Source: an uncultured virus (IMG/VR IMGVR_UViG_3300032030_000023) (Duplodnaviria > Heunggongvirae > Uroviricota > Caudoviricetes). Taken from it: 62,640 nucleotides of DNA. Below are positions 56,821 to 62,640 of this stretch, in pieces. The position numbers were made by a program, and so were the translations under genes. The notes beneath the pieces were generated by a model that saw only the letters and a list, made by a program, of their open reading frames with translations, was not told the origin of the DNA and did no database searches. The DNA lies in IMG/VR virus record IMGVR_UViG_3300032030_000023, positions 62,001 to 124,640 of that record; one strand, given 5' to 3'. Within the stretch, counting starts at the first letter, position 1. Every line of letters begins with the position of its first letter.

Positions 56821-57213
56821 ATGCGAGGCACAATAGGTTACAAACAAACAAAGGAATATTTTAATAGTGTTCCACAAATAAATTCAAAAATAGATGATTT
56901 GTCTGAAGTTTCGACAAGTTATTATGATCCAAAAGCACCAAAAACTAATGATATTAAAGCTTTTCTAAAAAGACCAGTGAGATATCATTTTGCTATGACT
57001 GAAAAAAAACCTGGTTCAGTTACATTATTTCATCATTCATGTTATTTTGATAATAAAGATGAAGCTTTAAAAGCACATCAGCAATTCAAACTACAAGTAT
57101 ATGATCAGCGAGTATCTAAGTATTTAAATAAGATTAATGAAGGCAAACAACTTTCTGTAGTCGATCAAATAGAATTATTGAATATCATCGACAGTCCACT
57201 CTTTTCCAAGTAG
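56821..57213 (+). CDS. hypothetical protein
   Basis: GGGAG RBS. Confidence 0.7.
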   Translation: MRGTIGYKQTKEYFNSVPQINSKIDDLSEVSTSYYDPKAPKTNDIKAFLKRPVRYHFAMTEKKPGSVTLFHHSCYFDNKDEALKAHQQFKLQVYDQRVSKYLNKINEGKQLSVVDQIELLNIIDSPLFSK

Positions 57214-57666
57214 ACTAGATTCTCTTTCAGAGGCTAATTTACGTAATTTTGTTTTACGTATTTTAGCCTTTTTTAATTTACTGTCAGCTTCTGTTGTATC
57301 TATTTCTATTTTTTGTGGAATATAATTAGGATCTTTTTCTTTAGCTCTTTTTTCTCGCATATATTGTCTTTGGTATTCATTATAAGTACCTTTTTTCTTT
57401 CTCCATTTATAAATATGTTTTTTAGCTTCTTTATAAGTAGGAGTATGAGCTTTTGATTTTCTATTTTTATTTTTTTCTTTTCTAATAGCTCTTTTTAATT
57501 TACCTATTAATACAGGATTTAATCTTTCAACACCACTAGTTAAATCTTTATAATCAATACTATGACGTGCCTCTGTATCATCTTTAATACTTAACTTATG
57601 TAAAGTATCGTATTTTGGATCTTCTAATATATCGATAACAACATCTAAAACATCTTGTAATCTCAT
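57175..57666 (-). CDS. very basic hypothetical protein
   Basis: K/R-rich; coupled to the 57663 gene. Confidence 0.7.
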   Translation of the reverse strand: MRLQDVLDVVIDILEDPKYDTLHKLSIKDDTEARHSIDYKDLTSGVERLNPVLIGKLKRAIRKEKNKNRKSKAHTPTYKEAKKHIYKWRKKKGTYNEYQRQYMREKRAKEKDPNYIPQKIEIDTTEADSKLKKAKIRKTKLRKLASERESSLLGKEWTVDDIQ

Positions 57667-58127
57667 ACTAATTCTTTCCCTGGTATAAATGTTCTACATG
57701 CAAATTTATTCTTTTTAAAATCAATTTCCCAACAATATCTAACTTGAAATCCTAAATTATGAAATAACATAAAACGAGCTTTAGTATCTTCATATAATTG
57801 TCCATATGTTTTTTTACACGTAGGATTTAATTCATTCCATCTTTTTGCATATAATCTTGGATCAGCATGATAATATGTACCTAAAAATTCCCAGATTATT
57901 CTATTTCTACTATCAAAACCATCAACAATATAAACTTTATTTCCGAAACCATGAATTACTTTACTTCTTTCAGGTACTCCTAAATTTGTAAGCCAAATGT
58001 CTTCTTCATGACTTTGCCCATGACGTAATCGTGTTTGTCCTACTTGAACAAATCCTACTTTTGGTTTTTTAGGCATGAAAAATGTCTTTTTTCTAGTTTT
58101 ATATTTACCTAATGCTGGCTTTCTCAT
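57663..58127 (-). CDS. Vsr/DUF559-like endonuclease
   Basis: YIVDGF...WEFLGTYYHADP...LGFQVRYCWE. Confidence 0.7.
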   Translation of the reverse strand: MRKPALGKYKTRKKTFFMPKKPKVGFVQVGQTRLRHGQSHEEDIWLTNLGVPERSKVIHGFGNKVYIVDGFDSRNRIIWEFLGTYYHADPRLYAKRWNELNPTCKKTYGQLYEDTKARFMLFHNLGFQVRYCWEIDFKKNKFACRTFIPGKELV

Positions 58128-58153
58128 AATATTTCCTTATTTTTATTATTTAT

Positions 58154-58208
58154 TTAATAGAACTTGCAAAAATTATTCTATTTTTCAGAAAAAATGTAGT
58201 TCTATATA
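58154..58208. promoter_or_regulatory. divergent pair of AGTTCTAT putative late-promoter motifs
   Basis: minus copy 58154-58164; plus copy 58198-58208. Confidence 0.5.
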
Positions 58209-58276
58209 AATGTATGGTGTCATGAACATGAGCTATACAAAGAACTTAAATTGCTAACAACTTAGGATTTAATAAA

Positions 58277-58780
58277 ATGAAAAATACTTTAATGATGCCT
58301 ATGCGAGGCTATTTAGATCGCATGATTGATTCTCCGTTTAATTCTTTTATTGATGATTTCTTTAATGATACATTACCAGTAAATCTATTTAAAGATCAAG
58401 ATAATTTTCCAAAATATAATATTAAAAAAGTAATTGCTAAAGACCAACAAAGTACTGATAAAGATGTATACTTTGAACCGAATAGCTTTATTATCGAACT
58501 AGCTTTGGCTGGATTGAAAAAAGAAGACTTTCAAGTATATACAGAAAAAGGTATTCTTGTTGTTAAATCAATTTGTAAAGCTGGTAAAATCTCAGATCAA
58601 TTACGTGACGAAGATTTATACATTCGTCGAGGAATTAAGGAAAGAGATTTTATTTGGAAAATGAATTTGCCAAAATATGCAGAAGTAACTGATACTTCAT
58701 TTGTAAATGGATTACTTTCTATTAAGGTAGAAGTAAAAGTTCCAGAAGAACAGCAACGCAAATTAATTGAAATTAAATAA
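58277..58780 (+). CDS. small heat-shock protein (Hsp20/alpha-crystallin)
   Basis: FPKYNI, IELALAG, YIRRGI..R.F, FVNGLLSI. Confidence 0.9.
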   Translation: MKNTLMMPMRGYLDRMIDSPFNSFIDDFFNDTLPVNLFKDQDNFPKYNIKKVIAKDQQSTDKDVYFEPNSFIIELALAGLKKEDFQVYTEKGILVVKSICKAGKISDQLRDEDLYIRRGIKERDFIWKMNLPKYAEVTDTSFVNGLLSIKVEVKVPEEQQRKLIEIK

Positions 58781-58798
58781 TAAGTTATAAAAGGGTGT

Positions 58799-58843
58799 AA
58801 TAAGGTCTTGCTGATAACTATTTATTGACAAGGCCTTATTTTT
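58799..58843 (+). terminator. intrinsic terminator
   Basis: AATAAGGTCTTG...CAAGGCCTTATT plus T tract. Confidence 0.7.
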
Positions 58844-58877
58844 GACTTTACATTTAATGTAACTTATTATATATAAT
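58838..58877 (+). promoter_or_regulatory. repeated early-type promoter
   Basis: ATTTTTGACTTTACATTTAA...TATAAT. Confidence 0.7.
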
Positions 58878-58900
58878 TATATCAAATGAAAGGTGTTGTC

Positions 58901-59305
58901 ATGTTAAAATATTTTAAATATCGTAAACTAAATAAATTTTTTAAAAATACTATTAATGAATTACCAGTGAAATATTCATCTGATGAAGATATTGATAAAT
59001 TACGCAATATATTAGTACAATTAGCAGAAATAGCAACTGATAATAATATTTTAATAGAGAATTGTGGTAAAGGTCTATCAGAAGAAGAAAAAGATACACT
59101 GTTTTTAAAATGGGCTAACTCATTAAATATATTTTGTAGTTATTGTAGTAAATATGCGTCTAAAGCGTTTACAAAAGTATTAGATAAAAATACAGAATTA
59201 GAGCCACAAGAGTTACTGGAATATTGTGTAATTGTACCATCAGAATTAGATTCATATAGTAAAATTATTTCAAATTGCATTATAATATTAAAGGCTTTAC
59301 GCTAA
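58901..59305 (+). CDS. hypothetical protein
   Basis: GAAAGGTG RBS. Confidence 0.7.
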   Translation: MLKYFKYRKLNKFFKNTINELPVKYSSDEDIDKLRNILVQLAEIATDNNILIENCGKGLSEEEKDTLFLKWANSLNIFCSYCSKYASKAFTKVLDKNTELEPQELLEYCVIVPSELDSYSKIISNCIIILKALR

Positions 59306-59314
59306 GGGGTAAAA

Positions 59315-60337
59315 ATGGTAAGTAAAAAAGAAAAAGATCAGATTATTGATAACTTTGAAAAATGGTTAAATACGTTTAATGAATCACAATCAGGAAAAGA
59401 ACTCTGCAAATTAATAAGTGAATTTATATCTGCTAAATTTACTCAAATTATGCCAGATAATATGAAAAAAGATGCGGAAAATGATTCAGATGATAATGCA
59501 AATAAACCACATATTGTCATGATGGGAAATCCAAGTATGTTAGATATGCTTCCTCCAGAAATGAGAGATGCTATTCTAAAAGGAACAGTACCTAATAATG
59601 ATGCAATCGATGAAGCTAAACCAGAAGTACCGTCTAAAGTATTATATGACTTTAATATGGTTAATTGTAATGTTGATTTAAAAGAACTTACCAAAAAACT
59701 TAAAAAGAGTAAAATCACTAAATACGGTATCTTGCTATATGGTGTTTCAGGATCTGGTAAATCTCAGTTTGCTAAGTATTTGGCTCAAGAATTAGGAATG
59801 GGATTTATTAAAGAAAGAGCTTCAGATATTTTTGGTAAATTTGTTGGTGAATCAGAAGGTAATATTAAAAAAGCATTTAAAAAAGCTAAAGATACAAAAT
59901 CAGTATTAGTATTTGATGAAGCAGATTCATTCTTATTTGATAGAAATATGGCAAGGCAAGCTCATGAAGTTTCACATACTAACGAACTGTTTGTAAACAT
60001 GGAAGATCATCCCTATCCATTCGTAATGACTACTAACTTAAAAGATAAATTAGATAAAGCTAGTATACGTCGTTTCTTATTCAAAGTTAAATTTGATTGG
60101 ATGACTAAAGATAATATAAAAGCTGGTCTAAAAACATACTTTGGTAAAGAATATAAGTTTACTAAAGAACAATATGATCAACTTAAATATATTTCAGCTG
60201 GTGATTTTGATATTGCCAAACAAAAATTAGATATCTTAGAAAATGGTGAATATACATCAGATAAGATCTTTGAATATCTATTAGCAGAACAAAATGAAAA
60301 AGAAATAGAAGAAGGAACAGCAAGCATTGTATTTTGA
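59315..60337 (+). CDS. classical AAA+ ATPase
   Basis: GVSGSGKS, KFVGESE, VFDEADS, TTN...LDKASIRRF. Confidence 0.9.
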   Translation: MVSKKEKDQIIDNFEKWLNTFNESQSGKELCKLISEFISAKFTQIMPDNMKKDAENDSDDNANKPHIVMMGNPSMLDMLPPEMRDAILKGTVPNNDAIDEAKPEVPSKVLYDFNMVNCNVDLKELTKKLKKSKITKYGILLYGVSGSGKSQFAKYLAQELGMGFIKERASDIFGKFVGESEGNIKKAFKKAKDTKSVLVFDEADSFLFDRNMARQAHEVSHTNELFVNMEDHPYPFVMTTNLKDKLDKASIRRFLFKVKFDWMTKDNIKAGLKTYFGKEYKFTKEQYDQLKYISAGDFDIAKQKLDILENGEYTSDKIFEYLLAEQNEKEIEEGTASIVF

Positions 60338-60650
60338 TGCAGAAGCTATATATGTAAAACCTAAAGATGATAAGTTTTATTGGGAATTGAAGGATTTACT
60401 AAATAAACATAGTATATCTATTTTTACAGTAGTACATAAAGATTTAAGGTATTGCTATGAATTACAGGATCTTTCACAAAATGAACATGAGCTTTTTATT
60501 GATACTGTTAAAAGTTTACAAAAAGAAGCTTCTGATATCGAATATAAATGTGTATATAACTGTAAAATATTAAGATATTCATTATTAAAACCTTCTGAAA
60601 ATGCAGATATAAACAATAAACTTCTTTTTATGCTCAAAACATATTTGTAA
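60327..60650 (+). CDS. small paralog-family protein
   Basis: ends DINNKLLFMLKTYL. Confidence 0.6.
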   Translation: MYFDAEAIYVKPKDDKFYWELKDLLNKHSISIFTVVHKDLRYCYELQDLSQNEHELFIDTVKSLQKEASDIEYKCVYNCKILRYSLLKPSENADINNKLLFMLKTYL

Positions 60651-60671
60651 AAGCTCGTAGGATGACCCGTA

Positions 60672-61025
60672 ATGATTAAAAAACTAAAATATATAATTGA
60701 TACCATAAAAACATATAACGAGCGTGTACGGCTTTCTAAGGAGCTTAAAAGTTATATTTCAAAAATAGAAGGAATATATTTAGTTATTCCACATAAAATC
60801 AGTCACTTTAATAACAATTTTAAATATACTATTAATAATCCATATCCTCTTATAGTTGAAGGAATGAATGCTAGAGCAAAAATACAAGAAATGTCTGACT
60901 ATTTACATGTTAGAGTTATATCGAATCATACAATTTCTTTAAAAAATATAATTATAACATATGAACCGTATTCAGCAGATATAGATCATTTTCTTATGTT
61001 AAAGAAAATACAAGGGGAATATTAA
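60672..61025 (+). CDS. small paralog-family protein
   Basis: ends DIDHFLMLKKIQGEY. Confidence 0.7.
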   Translation: MIKKLKYIIDTIKTYNERVRLSKELKSYISKIEGIYLVIPHKISHFNNNFKYTINNPYPLIVEGMNARAKIQEMSDYLHVRVISNHTISLKNIIITYEPYSADIDHFLMLKKIQGEY

Positions 61026-61474
61026 TGAAATTACTTGATAAACTTAAAGATATAACTATATATTCTTTAAAAGTTCATAATTACAGAGAAAGAAAAGAAT
61101 TCTCTAAAATATTACACGGTTTTCTAGTAAAATATAATATACCTAATAAAATAATAGTACCTAGATTTAAAAACCAAATAATAATAGAATCTTTCAAAGT
61201 TAAATATGGTGTATCATCAAAAGTATCATTTGAATATGAATTAAATTTAAGTACATTCGAAGACGCTATAAAAATATATGGTATACCTTTCTATTACAAT
61301 GAACAAAACTCAATAAAACAACCTTACTATAACACTATCACTCTAACAATAGAATACTCACAATATATTCAAGACTTTGTAAAACTAACAACCATACAAG
61401 GCAAATATCCAAAAATAAACTACAGAATGCTTGAAGACTTTGGCATCGATAACTACACTAAACCAGAGAATTAA
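61025..61474 (+). CDS. paralog-family protein
   Basis: QYIQDFVKLTTIQGKY; N-terminus resembles the 60672 gene. Confidence 0.65.
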   Translation: MKLLDKLKDITIYSLKVHNYRERKEFSKILHGFLVKYNIPNKIIVPRFKNQIIIESFKVKYGVSSKVSFEYELNLSTFEDAIKIYGIPFYYNEQNSIKQPYYNTITLTIEYSQYIQDFVKLTTIQGKYPKINYRMLEDFGIDNYTKPEN

Positions 61475-62427
61475 AGATCAACACCTGTCTTTTGATTAAA
61501 ACCAATACTAGAATCATATGATTTATAAAAATTGATCCAATATAACTTTCGTTCTTTTGCATTTTCTTTTGTACAGTATTCTATAACTTCTTTTTTAAAC
61601 ACACTTTTATCAAATCTACTTAGTGCATTTTTAAAATATGGATCAGAACTTAATTTACAATCTATTCCATTAGTATAATCAACATGATAATCTATAAATA
61701 TCTTATTAGTCTTTGTATTAGTAATTTTCATAATATAATACTTAGGAGTTATAGGATTTGGATTCATTTTACATCTAGCTACATGTTTATCATAATTACA
61801 TTCTATTACTTCTTTACCACAATAAGGACATTTTAATCTAGGTATATTATTCATTGCAATTTGTGTTTTATTAGAAATCTCTTTTTTCTTTTCATCAGAC
61901 CATACAGTATTTTTATTTGTAGGAGGTAAACCTTCTCTAGAATTACATTTCTGTGCCCATTCTCTTGGCAAACCTCTAATCCAACCTTTAGGAGGTTCTT
62001 TTCCTTTTAATACTCTTGTAGCTTCGTTTGTTTCTGGATTATAATATACGCAATGCCCTTTAAGTATTTCAGACTTCTTTAAAAATATTTCATTTTTATT
62101 TTGATTATTTGTATATGTATCACCACCATCACCACCACAAGCAATATTATATCCAATCGCAGTGTCTTTAGTGTTTAAAGTATCAATCCAATACTTTTCT
62201 CTTTCATTATGTATATATTCATCATCTTCAGATTCTTCTAATAATTCTATCTTAAAATTTTCCTTACCATATTTGCGAATAGCTTTTATTATAGGCATAT
62301 TAACTTCAGTATGACTACTTGCTCTATAACAATGTACTTTAAATCGTTCTTCTAAAGAATTTTTTGTATAACCTACGTAAATTTTTCCATTTATTAAATT
62401 AGTTATTTTATATATCTTACTGCTCAT
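61471..62427 (-). CDS. free-standing GIY-YIG homing endonuclease with second degenerate GIY-YIG domain
   Basis: KIYKITNLINGKIYVGYT, YGKENF, GYN; C-terminal YIMKITN...FKKEVIE...GFN. Confidence 0.88.
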   Translation of the reverse strand: MSSKIYKITNLINGKIYVGYTKNSLEERFKVHCYRASSHTEVNMPIIKAIRKYGKENFKIELLEESEDDEYIHNEREKYWIDTLNTKDTAIGYNIACGGDGGDTYTNNQNKNEIFLKKSEILKGHCVYYNPETNEATRVLKGKEPPKGWIRGLPREWAQKCNSREGLPPTNKNTVWSDEKKKEISNKTQIAMNNIPRLKCPYCGKEVIECNYDKHVARCKMNPNPITPKYYIMKITNTKTNKIFIDYHVDYTNGIDCKLSSDPYFKNALSRFDKSVFKKEVIEYCTKENAKERKLYWINFYKSYDSSIGFNQKTGVDL

Positions 62428-62430
62428 AAT

Positions 62431-62473
62431 AAAAAACTCCAGCATTCTATTTATAACATTTAGAACACTGGAG
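62431..62473 (-). promoter_or_regulatory. hairpin (terminator-like) sequestering the endonuclease RBS, with internal late-promoter motifs
   Basis: minus strand CTCCAGTGTTCTA-aatgttataaa-TAGAATGCTGGAG-TTTTTT. Confidence 0.7.
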
Positions 62474-62503
62474 GATCTATAATCTCAGAAAAAAGTTTAA
62501 GCT

Positions 62504-62640
62504 TTATTCGGATAATTGTTTATTTAAATCTTCTTGAGACGTAAACTTACGATTTGGAAAATCATATTCACGGCGAGGCTTAGACCATCCAGAAACCTTG
62601 GAGAAATAACCAATTATCCTTGTGTAAATATCTAACTTCT
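62504..62640 (-). CDS. nrdD: anaerobic (class III) ribonucleotide reductase, C-terminal fragment
   Basis: translates KLDIYTRIIGYFSKVSGWSKPRREYDFPNRK..., the glycyl-radical RxxGY motif. Confidence 0.85.
   Translation of the reverse strand, partial: KLDIYTRIIGYFSKVSGWSKPRREYDFPNRKFTSQEDLNKQLSE

Noticed and set aside
2927..60706. Short overlapping or antisense ORFs (2927, 5329, 5508, 7817, 8048, 13213, 14867, 23693, 24381, 24406, 26634, 28178, 28392, 35998, 46034, 52264, 52558, 53742, 59443, 60455)
   Set aside because: They overlap better-supported genes and have the I/F/L-rich composition of off-frame AT-rich DNA
61471..62503. Group I intron housing the GIY-YIG gene
   Set aside because: nrdD ends with its own stop before the endonuclease and no intron core is apparent; it looks free-standing
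1..62640. Stop-codon reassignment as in some gut jumbo phages
   Set aside because: Conserved genes are intact in the standard code, and TAG/TGA stops are followed by RBSs and new starts
1..62640. CRISPR array, tRNA or rRNA genes
   Set aside because: No regularly spaced repeats or cloverleaf-like sequences seen by eye; tRNAscan-SE/ARAGORN would be needed to exclude atypical tRNAs

Overview
Fragment of a very AT-rich jumbo, T4-related myophage genome in the standard genetic code. Landmarks: gp23-like major capsid protein, NAD-dependent DNA ligase, dCMP deaminase, the 3' end of nrdD, a MoxR/VWA pair, a ClpB-like ATPase, Hsp20, an IbrA/IbrB pair and GIY-YIG endonucleases. Most of the + strand is an early/accessory region of small, tightly coupled ORFs driven by a repeated AATTTTTGGTTTTACATT sigma70-type promoter. 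Minus-strand and virion-type genes share a different motif, GTTCTAW. Main observations: (1) about 30 divergent small proteins share a C-terminal [DE]-x-x-[EDK]-K-L-x3-4-K-I-x-G tail that often also encodes the next gene's Shine-Dalgarno; (2) five proteins beside the capsid gene share a capsid-targeting-like leader, L-x-E cleavage-like sites and shuffled modules, one of them ART-like; (3) a candidate pseudoknotted ncRNA at about 22.45-22.60 kb; (4) an HTH fused to an RNAP alpha-CTD-like domain; (5) a lone CheY-like receiver; (6) a SAM-lyase/DUF3574-like protein; (7) a T4-style hairpin/late-promoter switch on a homing endonuclease. All family assignments come from motif recognition by eye; no searches were run. 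Where an RBS indicated a downstream start, CDS starts were moved from the ORF track.
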